A stretch of 64,000 nucleotides of DNA from Lingula anatina (Eukaryota; Animalia; Brachiopoda). This document shows positions 11,855 to 25,000 of this stretch, one piece after another; positions within the stretch are counted from its first letter, which is position 1, and every line of letters starts with the position of its first letter. The position numbers and the translations under genes were made by a program. Under the pieces are notes generated by a model. That model saw nothing but the letters and a program-made list of their open reading frames with translations, did no database searches and was not told the DNA's origin. The stretch is taken from assembly GCA_051362555.1 (NCBI GenBank), contig CM120643.1:992001-1056000 (forward strand), read 5' to 3'.

Positions 11855-14800
11855 ATATGATGGCTGTGGAAGTCGTAGCGGTTGTGTTCACGGCAGTTGG
11901 GGTCAGAGGTCAAGGCTATGGTGGCCATGCTGGTTGGGGTCAGAGGTCAAGGATATGGTGGTCAAAGCGGTTGGGGTGAGAAGTTAACACTATGGTGGGC
12001 ATGGCAGTTGAGGTCAGAAGTCATACGCATGGTGGTCATGTTGGTTGGGGTCAGAGGTTAAGGTTATGGTGGTCATGGCAGTCGAGGTCAGAAGTCAAGG
12101 CTATGGTGGTCATGGCGGTTTGGGTCAGAGGTCAAAGATGTTGGTCATGGCAGTTGAGGTCAGAGGTCAAGGATATGGTGGTCATGGCGTTTGGGATCAG
12201 AGGTCAAGGCTATGGTTGTCATGACGGTTTGGGTCAGAGATCAAAGCTATGGTGGTCATGGCAGTTGAGGTCAGAGGTCAAGGATATGGTGATAATGGCA
12301 GTTGGTGTTACAGGGTAGGGCTATGGTGGTCATGGCAGTTGAGGTCAGAGGTCATACCTATGGTGGTCATGGTGGTTGGGGTCAGAGGTTAAGGTTATGG
12401 TAGTCATGGCAGTTGAGGTCAGAGGACAAAGATATGGTGGTCCTGGCGTTTGGGATCAGAGGTCAAAGCTATGGTAGTCATAGCAGTTGGCGTCAAGGGT
12501 CAAGGCAATGGTGGTCATAGCAGTTGGGGTCAGAGGTCAAGGCTATGGTGGTCATGGGAGATGAGGAAGGGGTCAATGCTATATTGGTTGTGGCTTTTGG
12601 GGTCAGAGGTCAAGGCTATGTTGGTTTTGGCTTTTGGGATCAGAGGTCAAGGCTATCGTGGTCACGGCAGTTGGGGTCAAAGGTCAAGGCTTTGATTGTT
12701 GGGGTCAGAGGTGAAGGCTACGATGGTTGTGGATTTTGGGGTCAGAGGTGAAGGCTATGGTGGTCATGGGAGTTGAGGTCAGAGGTCAATGCTATGGTGG
12801 TCATGGGAGTTGTGGTCAGAGGTCAAGGCTATGGTGGTCATGGGAGTTGTGGTCAGAGGTGAAGGCTATGGGGGTCATGGCAGTAGGGGTCATAGGTCAT
12901 ATCTTTGGTGGTCATGGCAGTTGGGATCAGAGGTCAGGGCTATGGCGATCAAGGCTTTTGGGATCAGAGGTAACAGCTATTGTGGTCATGGCGGTTGGGA
13001 TCAGAGGTCAGGGCTATGGTGGTCATGGCGGTTGGGATCAGAGGTCAAGGCTATGGTGGTCATGGCAGTTGGCTTCAGAGGTCAAGGCTATGGTGGTCAT
13101 GGTGGTTGGGATCAGAGGTCAAGGCTATGGTGGTCATGGCAGTTGGGGTCAGAGGTCAAAGCTATGGTGGTTGTTGCTTTTGGGGTCAGAGGTCAAGGCT
13201 ATGGTGGTCGTGGGAGTTGAGGTCAGAGGTGAAGGCTATCATGGTCATGGCAGTTGGGGTCAAAGGTCAAAGCTATGGTGGTCATGGTGTTTGGGGTCAG
13301 AGGTCAAGGCTATGGTGGTTGTGGCTTTTGGGGTCAGAGGTCTAAGTTATGTTGGGCATGGCAGTTAAGGTCAGAGGTCATATCTATGGTGGTCATGGTG
13401 GTTGGGGTCAGAGGTTAAGGTTATGGTAGTCATGGCAGTTGAGGTCAGAGGACAAAGATATGGTGGTCCTGGCGTTGGGGGTCAGAGGTCAAAGCTATGG
13501 TAGTCATAGCAGTTGGGGTCAAGGGTCAAGGCAATGGTGGTTATAGCAGTTGGGGTCAGAGGTCAATGCTATGGTGGTTGTGGATTTTGGGGTCAGAGGT
13601 CAAGGCTATGGTGGTCGTGGGAGTTGAGGTCAGAGGTCAAGGCTATATTGGTTGTGGCTTTTGGGGTCAGAGGTCAAGGCTATGTTGGTTGTGGCTTTTG
13701 GGGTCAGAGGTCAAGGCTATCGTGGTCACGGCAGTCGGGGTCAAAGGTCAAGGCTATGGTGGTTGGAGTCAGAAGAGAAGGCTACGGTGGTTGTGGCTTT
13801 TGGGGTAAGAGGTGAAGGCTATGGTGGTCATAGGAGTTGTGGTCAGAGGTCAAGGTTATGGTGGTCAGGGGAGTTGTGGTCAGAGGTTAAGGCTATGGTT
13901 GTCATGGGAGTTGTGGTCAGAGGTCAAGGCTATGGTGGTCATGGCAGTAGGGGTCAGAGGTCATATCTTTGGTGTTCATGGTGGTTGGGGTCAAAGGTTA
14001 AGGTTATGGTAGTCATGGCAGTTGAGGTCAGATGTCAAGGCTTGGTTGTCATGGCGGTTAGGGTTAGAGGTCAAAGCTATGGTAGTCATAGCAGTTGGGG
14101 TCAAGGGTCAAGGCTATGGTGGTCATAGCAGTTGGGGTCAGAGGTAAAGGCTATGGTCGTTGTGGCTTTTGGGGTTAGAGGTCAAGGCTATGGTGGTCGT
14201 GGGAGTTGAGGTCAGAGGTCAAGACTATGGTGGTTGTGGCTTTTGGGGTCAGAGGTAAAGGCTATGGTGGTTGAGGCTTTTGGGGTCAGAGGTCAAAGCT
14301 ATGGTGGCCATGGCAGTTGGGGTCAAAGGTCAAGGCTATGGTTGTCATGGTGTTTGGGGTCAGAGGTCAAGGCTATGGTGGTTGTGGCTTTTGGGGTTAG
14401 AGGTCTAGGTTATGTTGAGCATGGCAGTTGAGGTCAGAGGTCAAGGCTATGTTGGTTGTGGCTTTTGGGGTCAGAGGTCAAGGCTATGTTGGTTGTGGCT
14501 TTTGGGGTCAGAGGTCAAGGCTATTGTGGTCACGGCAGTCGATTTTAAAGGTCAAGGCTATGGTGGTTGGGGTCAGAGGAGAAGGCTACGTCGGTTGTGG
14601 CTTTTGGGGTCAGAGGTGAAGGCTATGGTGTTCATGGGAGTTGAGGTCAGAGGTCAAGGTTATGGTGGTCATGGGAGTTGTGGTCAGAGGTCAAGGCTAT
14701 GGTGGTCATGGCAGTAGGGGTCAGAGGTCATATCTTTGGTGGTCATGGTGGTTGGGGTCAGAGGTTAAGGTTATGGTAGTCATGGCAGTTGAGGTCAGAT

Positions 14801-17800
14801 GTCAAGGCTTGGTAGTCATGGCGGTTAGGGTTAGAGGTCAAAGCTATGGTAGTCATAGCAGTTGGGGTCAAGGGTCAAGGCTATGGTGTTCATAGCAGTT
14901 GGGGTCAGAGGTCAAGACTATGGTGGTTGTGGCTTTTGGGGTCAGAGGACAAAGATATGGTGGTCCTGGCGTTTGGGGTCAGAGGTCAAAGCTATGGTAG
15001 CCATGGCAGTTGGGGTCAGAGGTCAAGGCTATGGTGGTCATGGTGTTTGGGGTCAGAGGTCAAGGCTATGGTGGTTGTGGCTTTTGGGGTCAGAGGTCTA
15101 GGTTATGTTGAGCATGGCAGTTGAGGTCAGAGGTCATACCTATGGTGGTCATGTTGGTTGGGGTCAGAGGTTAAGGTTATGGTAGTCATGGCAGTTGAGG
15201 TCAGAGGACAAAGATATGGAGGTCCTGGCGTTTGGGGTCAGAGGTCAAAGCTATGGTAGTCATAGCAGTTGGGGTCAAGGGTCAAGGCAATGGTGGTTAT
15301 AGCAGTTGGGGTCAGAGGTCAATGCTATGGTGGTCATGGGAGTTGAGGTCAGAGGTCAAGGCTATATTGGTTGTGGCTTTTGGGGTCAGAGGTCAAGGCT
15401 ATGTTGGTTGTGGCTTTTGGGGTCAGAGGTCAAGGCTATCGTGGTCACGGCAGTCGGGGTCAAAGGTCAAGGCTATGGTGGTTGGAGTCAGAGGAGAAGG
15501 CTACGGTGGTTGTGGCTTTTGGGGTCTGAGGTGAAGGCTATGGTGGTCATGGGAGTTGAGGTCAGAGGTCAAGGCTATGGTGGTCATAGGAGTTAGGGCC
15601 AGAGGTCAAGGTTATGGTGGTCATGGGAGTTGTGGTCAGAGGTCAAGGCTATGGTTGTCATGGGAGTTGTGGTCAGAGGTCAAGGCTATGGTGGTCATGG
15701 GAGTTGTGGTCAGAGGTCAAGGCTATGGTGGTCATGGCAGTAGGGGTCAGAGGTCATATCTTTGGTGGTCATGGTGGTTGGGGTCAAAGGTTAAGGTTAT
15801 GGTAGTCATGGCAGTTGAGGTCAGATGTCAAGGCTTGGTTGTCATGGCGGTTAGGGTTAGAGGTCAAAGCTATGGTAGTCATAGCAGTTGGGGTCAATGG
15901 TCAAGGCTATGGTGGTCATAGCAGTTGGGGTCAGAGGTAAAGGCTATGGTGGTTGTGGCTTTTGGGGTTAGAGGTCAAGGCTATGGTGGTCGTGGGAGTT
16001 GAGGTCAGAGGTCAAGACTATGGTGGTTGTGGCTTTTGGGGTCAGAGGTAAAGGCTATGGTGGTTGAGGATTTTGGGGTCAGAGGTCAAAGCTATGGTGG
16101 CCATGGCAGTTGGGGTCAGAGGTCAAGGCTATGGTGGTCATGGTGTTTGGGGTCAGAGGTCAAGGCTATGGTGGTTGTGGCTTTTGGGGTCAGAGGTCTA
16201 GGTTATGTTGAGCATGGTAGTTGAGGTCAGAGGTCAAGGCTATGTTGGTTGTGGCTTTTGGGGTCAGAGGTCAAGGCTATGTTGGTTGTGGCTTTTGGGG
16301 TCAGAGGTCAAGGCTATCGTGGTCACGGCAGTCGATGTCAAAGGTCAAGGCTATGGTGGTTGGGGTCAGAGGAGAAGGCTACGGTGGTTGTGGCTTTTGG
16401 GGTCAGAGGTGAAGGCTATGGTGTTCATGGGAGTTGAGGTCAGAGGTCAAGGCTATGGTGGTCATGGGAGTTGTGGTCAGAGGTCAAGGTTATGGTGGTC
16501 ATGGGAGTTGTGGTCAGAGGTCAAGGCTATGGTGGTCATGGCAGTAGGGGTCAGAGGTCATATCTTTGGTGGTCATGGTGGTTGGGGTCAGAGGTTAAGG
16601 TTATGGTAGTCATGGCAGTTGAGGTCAGATGTCAAGGCTTGGTAGTCATGGCGGTTAGGGTTAGAGGTCAAAGCTATGGTAGTCATAGCAGTTGGGGTCA
16701 AGGGTCAAGGCTATGGTGGTCATAGCAGTTGGGGTCAGAGGTCAAGGTTATGGTGGTCATGGGAGTTGTGGTCAGAGGTCAAGGCTATGGTTGTCATGGG
16801 AGTTGTGGTCAGAGGTCAAGGCTATGGTGGTCATGGGAGTTGTGGTCAGAGGTCAAGGCTATGGTGGTCATGGCAGTAGGGGTCAGAGGTCATATCTTTG
16901 GTGGTCATGGTGGTTGGGGTCAAAGGTTAAGGTTATGGTAGTCATGGCAGTTGAGGTCAGATGTCAAGGCTTTGTTGTCATGGCGGTTAGGGTTAGAGGT
17001 CAAAGCTATGGTAGTCATAGCAGTTGGGGTCAAGGGTCAAGGCTATGGTGGTCATAGCAGTTGGGGTCAGAGGTAAAGGCTATGGTGGTTGTGGCTTTTG
17101 GGGTTAGAGGTCAAGGCTATGGTGGTCGTGGGAGTTGAGGTCAGAGGTCAAGACTATGGTGGTTGTGGCTTTTGGGGTCAGAGGTAAAGGCTATGGTGGT
17201 TGAGGATTTTGGGGTTAGAGGTCAAAGCTATGGTGGCCATGGCAGTTGGGGTCAGAGGTCAAGGCTATGGTGGTCATGGTGTTTGGGGTCAGAGGTCAAG
17301 GCTATGGTGGTTGTGGCTTTTGGGGTCAGAGGTCTAGGTTATGATGAGCATGACAGTTGAGGTCAGAGGTCAAGGCTATGTTGGTTGTGGCTTTTGGGGT
17401 CAGAGGTCAAGGCTATGTTGGTTGTGGCTTTTGGGGTCAGAGGTCAAGGCTATCGTGGTCACGGCAGTCGATGTCAAAGGTCAAGGCTATGGTGGTTGGG
17501 GTCAGAGGAGAAGGCTACGGTGGTTGTGGCTTTTGGGGTCAGAGGTGAAGGCTATGGTGTTCATGGGAGTTGAGGTCAGAGGTCAAGGCTATGGTGGTCA
17601 TGGGAGTTGTGGTCAGAGGTCAAGGTTATGGTGGTCATGGGAGTTGTGGTCAGAGGTCAAGGCTATGGTGGTCATGGCAGTAGGGGTCAGAGGTCATATC
17701 TTTGGTGGTCATGGTGGTTGGGGTCAGAGGTTAAGGTTATGGTAGTCATGGCAGTTGAGATCAGATGTCAAGGCTTGGTAGTCATGGCGGTTAGGGTTAG

Positions 17801-20800
17801 AGGTCAAAGCTATGGTAGTCATAGCAGTTGGGGTCAAGGGTCAAGGCTATGGTGGTCATAGCAGTTGGGGTCAGAGGTCAAGACTATGGTGGTTGTGGCT
17901 TTTGGGGTCAGAGGACAAAGATATGGTGGTCCTGGCGTTTGGGGTCAGAGGTCAAAGCTATGGTGGCCATGGCAGTTGGGGTCAGAGGTCAAAGCTATGG
18001 TGGTCATGGTGTTTGGGGTCAGAGGTCAAGGCTATGGTGGTTGTGGCTTTTGGAGTCAGAGGTCTAGGTTATGTTGAGCATGGCAGTTGAGGTCAGAGGT
18101 CATACCTATGGTGGTCATGTTGGTTGGGGTCAGAGGTTAAGGTTATGGTAGTCATGGCAGTTGAGGTCAGAGGACAAAGATATGGAGGTCCTGGCGTTTG
18201 GGGTCAGAGGTCAAAGCTATGGTAGTCATAGCAGTTGGGGTCAAGGGTCAAGGCAATGGTGGTCATAGCAGTTGGGGTCAGAGGTCAAGGCTATATTGGT
18301 TGTGGCTTTTGGGTTTAGAGGTGAAGGCTACGGTGGTTGTGGCTTTTGGGGTCAGAGGTGGAGGCTATGGTGGTCATGAGAGTTGTGGTCAGAGGTCAAG
18401 GCTATGGTGGTCATGGGAGTTGTGTTCAGAGATCAAGGCTATGGTGGTCATGGGAGTTGTCGTCAGAGGTGAAGGCTATGGTGGTCATGGCAGTAGGGGT
18501 CAGAGGTCATACCTTTGGTGGTCATGGTGGTTGGGGTCAGAGATTAAGTTTATGGTAGTCATGGCAGTTGAGGTCAGAGGACAAAGATATGGTGGTCCTG
18601 GCGTTTGGGGTCAGAGGTCAAAGCTATGGTAGTCATAGCAGTTGGGGTCAAGGGTCGAGGCAATGGTGGTCATAGCAGTTGGGGTCAGAGGTCAAGGCTA
18701 TGGTGGTTGTGGCTTTTGGGGTCAGAGGTCAAGGCTATGGTGGTCATGGGAGTTGAGGTCAGAGGTCAAGGCTATGGTGGTCATGAGAGTTGTGGTCAGA
18801 AGTCAAGGCTATGGTGGTTGGGGTCAGAGGTGAAGGCTACGGTGGTTGTGGCTTTTGGGGTCAGAGGTGAAGGCTATGGTGGTCATGAGAGTTGTGGTCA
18901 GAGGTCAAGGCTATGGTGGTCATGGGAGTTGTGGTCAGAGGTTAAGGCTATGGTGGTCATGGGAGTTGTGGTCAGAGGTCAAGGCTATGGTGGTCATGGT
19001 GTTTGGGGTCAGAGGTCAAGGCTATGGTGGTTGTGGCTTTAGGAGTCAGAGGTCTAGGTTATGTTGAGCATGGCAGTTGAGGTCAGAGGTCATACCTATG
19101 GTGGTCATGTTGGTTGGGGTCAGAGGTTAAGGTTATGGTAGTCATGGCAGTTGAGGTCAGAGGACAAAGATATGGAGGTCCTGGCGTTTGGGGTCAGAGG
19201 TCAAAGCTATGGTAGTCATAGCAGTTGGGGTCAAGGGTCAAGGCAATGGTGGTCATAGCAGTTGGGGTCAGAGGTCAAGGCTATATTGGTTGTGGCTTTT
19301 GGGGTCAGAGGTGAAGGCTACGGTGGTTGTGGCTTTTGGGGTCAGAGGTGAAGGCTATGGTGGTCATGAGAGTTGTGGTCAGAGGTCAAGGCTATGGTGG
19401 TCATGGGAGTTGTGTTCAGAGATCAAGGCTATGGTGGTCATGGGAGTTGTGGTCAGAGGTCAAGGCTATGGTGGTCATGGCAGTAGGGGTCAGAGGTCAT
19501 ACCTTTGGTGGTCATGGTGGTTGGGGTCAGAGATTAAGGTTATGGTAGTCATGGCAGTTGAGGTCAGAGGACAAAGATATGGTGGTCCTGGCGTTTGGGG
19601 TCAGAGGTCAAAGCTATAGTAGTCATAGCAGTTGGGGTCAAGGGTCGAGGCAATGGTGGTCATAGCAGTTGGGGTCAGAGGTCAAGGCTATGGTGGTTGT
19701 GGCTTTTGGGGTCAGAGGTCAAGGCTATGGTGGTCATGGGAGTTGAGGTCAGAGGTCAAGGCTATGGTGGTCATGAGAGTTGTGGTCAGAGGTCAAGGCT
19801 ATGGTGGTTGGGGTCAGAGGTGAAGGCTACGGTGGTTGTGGCTTTTGGGGTCAGAGGTGAAGGCTATGGTGGTCATGAGAGTTGTGGTCAGAGGTCAAGG
19901 CTATGGTGGTCATGGGAGTTGTGGTCAGAGGTCAAGGCTATGGTGGTCATGGGAGTTGTGGCCAGAGGTCAAGGCTATGGTGGTCATGGCAGTAGGGGTC
20001 AGAGGTCATACTTTTGGTGGTCATGGTGGTTGGGGTCAGAGATTAAGGTTATGGTAGTCATGGCAGTCGAGGTCAAAGGTCAAGGCTTGGTATTCATGGC
20101 GGTTAGGGTCAGAGGTCAAAGCTATGGTAGTCATAGCAGTTGGGGTCAAGGGTCAAGGCTATGGTGGTCATAGCAGTTGGGGTCAGAGGTAAAGGCTATG
20201 TTGGTTGTGGCTTTTGGGGTTAGAGGTCAAGGCTATGGTGGTCGTGGGAGTTGAGGTCAGAGGTCAAAACTATGGTGGTTGTGACTTTAGGGTCAGAGGT
20301 CAAGGCTATGGTGTTTGAGGCTTTTGGGGTCAGAGGTCAAAGCTATGGTGGCCATGGCAGTTGGGGTCAGAGGTCAAGGCTATGGTGGTCATGGGAATTG
20401 AGGTCAGAGGTGAAGGCTATGGTGGCCATGGCAGTTGAGGTCTGACGTTAAGGCTTTGGTAATTATGGCGGTTGGGGTCAGAGGTCAAGGCAATGGTAGT
20501 TGTGGCGGTTGGGGTCAGAGGTTAAGGTTATGGCAGTTTAGTCAAAGGTCAAAGCTAAGATGGTTGTAGCTTTTTGGGTCAGAGGTCAAGGCTATGGTGG
20601 TCATGGCAGTTGAGGTCAGAGGTTAAGTCTATGGTGGTCATGATGGTTTGGTCAGAGGTGAAAGCTATGGTGGTTGTAGCTTTTGGGGTCATTGTTCAAG
20701 GCTGTGGTGGTCATGGTGGTTTAGGTCAGAGGTCAGGTTATGGTGGTTGTTGCCTTTGGGTCATATGCCTAGTTAACAGTGGTCATGGCCATTGGGGTCA

Positions 20801-20925
20801 GAGTTCAAGGATGTGGCTGTCATAGCGGTTGAGGTCAGAGGTCAGGGTTATGGTGGTTGGGTCAGAGGTTAAAGCTATGGTTGTCCTGGAGGTTAGGGTC
20901 AGAGTCCAAGGCTATTGTGGTCCAT
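11855..20925. repeat. Intronic 37-bp minisatellite, roughly 240-245 units, with higher-order blocks
   Basis: Unit GGTCAGAGGTCAAGGCTATGGTGGTCATGGCAGTTGG; more diverged at both edges; variant patterns recur at 990, 1136, 1793 and 2966 bp offsets in the ORF track. Confidence 0.97.
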
Positions 20926-21134
20926 AGTGGGAGGGTTACCAAATTTGGCACACGTGTGCTTTCCTCAAAGACGACTTTACAGATCGTTATTGTCATTACA
21001 GTTATGGTTATTTTTACGATGTAGGAGAAAATGCTGAAATGCCCAGAATTATTATTTTTTTCCTGCATAGAGGCCTCATGCTCTTATGTTCTCTGTCGTT
21101 AAGTAATGCCAAATTAACAACTATGTGCTGAATA

Positions 21135-21169
<35 letters not shown>

Positions 21170-21197
21170 AAGATGTTTAAGTAAAGTGTGTTCAAAC

Positions 21198-21505
21198 CTT
21201 TAAGACATCCAATGGTAGAAATATGTCAACAGTATATGCTAACTGCTTGGATCTGTCCTCGGGGAAAAGGTATGGCTTAAGAGCGTCATGGATAGATACA
21301 CCAGCGTCTTTTAATGGTATGACAGTTTCCATCTCGTCCTCTTTTTGAGCACTGGCGTTTACTTGGCGAATAGCAATGCGTTTTTCATTAGGCGGGGCGT
21401 ATTTGATGCGTGTGAAGGTAGCCGTACAAGGGAGGTGATTTTCCGGAAGGACCTTGTGTTGAAGGAGCACATTCAACAAGGAACTTTTACCCGAGGATTC
21501 CTCAC
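21198..21505 (-). CDS. Dynamin-like GTPase exon carrying G1 and G2 (GEESSGKSSLLNVLL...LP..HLPCTAT...VDIFLPLDVLK)
   Basis: ttaattaag| acceptor, |gtttga donor, 308 nt, phase 1-0; P-loop GxxxxGKS formed across the splice junction. Confidence 0.9.
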
Positions 21506-21813
21506 CTTAATTAAAAAGAGAAATGTTCTAACAAGACTATCAAAGAGGGCCTGTGTCTTTTAGGGAGATTGTTTGTATTTATACCACTTATCCAAAAAGC
21601 GATGTGAAATACGTGAAATACCACAGAAGCCCATGGAACAACATTTGTATTATGCCATGGATTAGATAGAGTTGTGTTAAACAGTTTCATGTGCTATGAG
21701 TTTTTGGTAAACAAAAACACTGTTTTTAAAATTTCCGTTACATTTTTCTATAGCTATTGATAGTGTACAATAATCTAACATAATGTTTGAAAGCACAAAC
21801 ATATTTTACATAC

Positions 21814-22039
21814 CCAATAAAAGTATGGGACACTCCCCGCTGTCCAGTGTAGCTCGTCGCATCATTAACTCTTCTGTTGCCGACTGTCCCTTGAGCAGCG
21901 ACTCGGCGCGAAGACGTTCAACTATGACGCCCTCGTGGTCCAAAAACGCCGTCTGATCTATGACGTCGCTGAAAATAGCTTGCAGATGGCTTCGTCCTTC
22001 GTCATTAATATATTTGATGTGTGTGAACACTTGACTGCC
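21814..22039 (-). CDS. Helical region and strand before the P-loop (GSQVFTHIK...DSGECPILLLG)
   Basis: ccttag| acceptor, G|gtatgt donor, 226 nt, phase 0-1; hydrophobic strand PILLL directly before G1. Confidence 0.85.
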
Positions 22040-25000
22040 CTAAGGCATGGAATAAAAATAAATAAATTAGTAATGCACATTTAAGAGGGTAACCCTTGTA
22101 CGTAAAAATGAATTGTGAATGAATAAAAAAAATTATACCAACTTAAAATTAAGGTCTAACACATTTATGATCCGCTGTAAAAATAATTAAATTTGAAATG
22201 AACGCCAAATAACCTTGCCAAACATTCATGAAAATGTGTGTTTTAGGGGAGTTCTTTAATACTTTTTTTTCATTTCCATAGCTGTAGTAAGGTGACAACT
22301 GTGGTGTTTTGTAATTGGGTACAGAAGGTGCTAATTAAAAAAACGAAAGGGAATAAGTGGAGAATCATTGTTTGTGATCAATATTTTGATTGCTTTATTC
22401 TTACATGTAGTGTTGATTGAAGAAGAATCTCACAATGATTTGAGGTTAAAAGATGATCATTTTTATATGAGCCCCTACCTAAGACAAGCTTATTATTTAT
22501 GGTTGAATATACGGTGAGATATATTTAAAAATCAGCTTGTGTTGATATCTACTCTAACTTATGTGGAAATTTTCAGTCTATATGGTAGCCACGTTTATTA
22601 ATAATTAATGATACTGACTCTACATCAACTCAATAATATTTAAATTACGATCCATGTCATGCATCACAACGACCAAACAACAATGGTGAGTCAATGACCA
22701 AAATACGACGTTGAGCCAATGTCAAATTATTAGGGCGTTTTGACGTGGCTGGATCAACATTGTAGTGATTTGATGTTGAATTTAGGTTGATCAATTGCCC
22801 AACCTGTTTTCAACGTTGATCCAATGCCACTATGCCTGTTGGGATTTGCCATAAGGAAGGAATACAATCGAAAATTATGTCGAATAGAAAAAATCATACA
22901 TGTGTAATATATATGCTGAAACAAGTTGCGGCCTTGGGCCTTCTTTGATTTTTCATGCATTTTACATTTTTCATTTTTCAAGATGGCAAATGAATGAAAG
23001 ATGGCTGCCATTTTCCTTACTTTTAGTGAAAAAATAATAATAATACCTAAATTTGATTTTTTTTTATTAACCAAAATTTAAAAATATTTTACATGTTTTG
23101 ATGGATTTGAATTAGTTGGTCTATATTTTAAATTTATATGGGTTAATTTATCTTAAAATATTACATTTAAACAAAGATGGCTCTAATCAAAGATGGTCAC
23201 CACATAAAATTGGCTTTATGTTTTGATATGTCAACAAGCCTTTCTTAGTATAAATCCCAGGCAACTTAATGAAATATTCATTGCACAGGTTATGGTATGA
23301 AATGTATGACTGAACAATTTAAATTGTTTTGAGACTTTGTTCAGGGTTGAAAAATCCAAAGTGGCCTCCAATATCTGGATTCAAAACGTACATTTGTTTT
23401 TATTTGCATGTTCCGTGTTCAAATTCAAAACATTTATTTGTTGTTTAAATTAACTGTATTGCAATGTCCTTTTGCAACTTAGACACTTTATTATGCCAGA
23501 GAGTGGATATTTTTACTTCATTTATTATGATTCAAAGTTGGCCATTGATAAAATATGAACTGCATTCTACCCGTGTGGACAATATCACATGTTATAAGCC
23601 TTACTTAAATGCACATTTCTGTGCTTTATTGTTCAAGTTATGGGTTTAAATATATGACTGAATAATTTAAATTGTTTTACAACTTTATTTAGAATTGAAA
23701 AATCCAAAATGACCGTCAATTTCTGGACTCAAGACATACATCATTTTGATTTGCATGTTGAAAAGCATCAAATTGAATTATGGGCAAATCATAAATGCTT
23801 AAATTTTGATAAACTGCATTGTCCATAATATCCAAGATAGCCACCAACAAAAATTAATTTAAGATAACCATAGATGAAAACACACTGTTGAGTCGTAACT
23901 TTATACATGCATGTATATATGCCTGTACTGAACAGGATTGAGTGAATCTAAATTGCTTTGGTTAATAGATGTTTTCTTGAACAGAAAATCGATGCATAAC
24001 ACACGAAGGACAGCTATTTTTTTCAGCAACAACCATTTAGGTTAGTAAAATGACAGTTTTCAATATTGCATACAAAATGCATTCCCCAAAAGCCCTAACT
24101 ATAGTGACATTATTTACAAGTTAAGGACCCATAGTTTGTTATATATATATATGTTGATTTTTCATATGTTAGCACTTCCATTGTTGCATTTTAAATGCAC
24201 TTGGGTTACTGGCTGGTACATTATGTGCTGATAGTTCAATCGTGACGGAAAAGCCAGGATCTCAGTCAAAAAAAGGACTTAGCAGTGATGAGACTATCCT
24301 AACCTCTAGCAAGCAAAATGTGATTATCTTTAATTTTTCAGAAAAAGGAATGGATAGCATGCAACTAAAGCTTTGTTCTACATGTATATCTAGCCGGTAA
24401 GCAATCATTATCATAAAATGAGACCAGCAAAGAAGTTGCAAGAAAATATCCTATGTCTGGATCTCTAAGATAATCTTTTGTCTCTTTAGAGAACAGTGCT
24501 GGATAATAATACATTCAGGGAATTTATGAAGTGGTGCTGCAGATTGATGAACTTTGATAGTGAATGATGTATGGCACATGTAAGGGACGATGAAGGAGTT
24601 CAAGCACAACGTGACAAATGATGTTTCTGATACAATGTATCTGCAGGTTATTCTCGCACTTCACGGATGGGTACTGTGCAACATGTTCCATGATTTTTAT
24701 AAACCCAACATTTTTCTGTTGGAATATTCTTTTCAGAGAGAGGACAAATATCTGGAGACCCAAACACTGGAGAAAAGTAGATGAAAACAAACTTTATCAA
24801 TAAACTAATTGTCAAATAGATCACCACCAAAATGTAATCACTTTTATACAGCCTAAAATAACCTATCCTGAACACTTCATTAAAGTCTATCCTGAATTTT
24901 TCATAAGGCTGTTAACAATCAGAGAAACAACAACAAATGGACAAACGAAGGTGAAAATGTGACCTTCTCGGTAGCAGTAATAAATTAAAGCACGCATACA

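Noticed and set aside
11992-20825. Dozens of Gly/Trp/Val-rich + strand ORFs resembling a glycine-rich structural protein
   Set aside because: They are frame rotations of the 37-bp repeat (not a multiple of 3), contain frequent stops, and lie antisense in an intron
11855-20925. CRISPR-like regular array
   Set aside because: Head-to-tail monomers with no unique spacers, no cas genes, eukaryotic context
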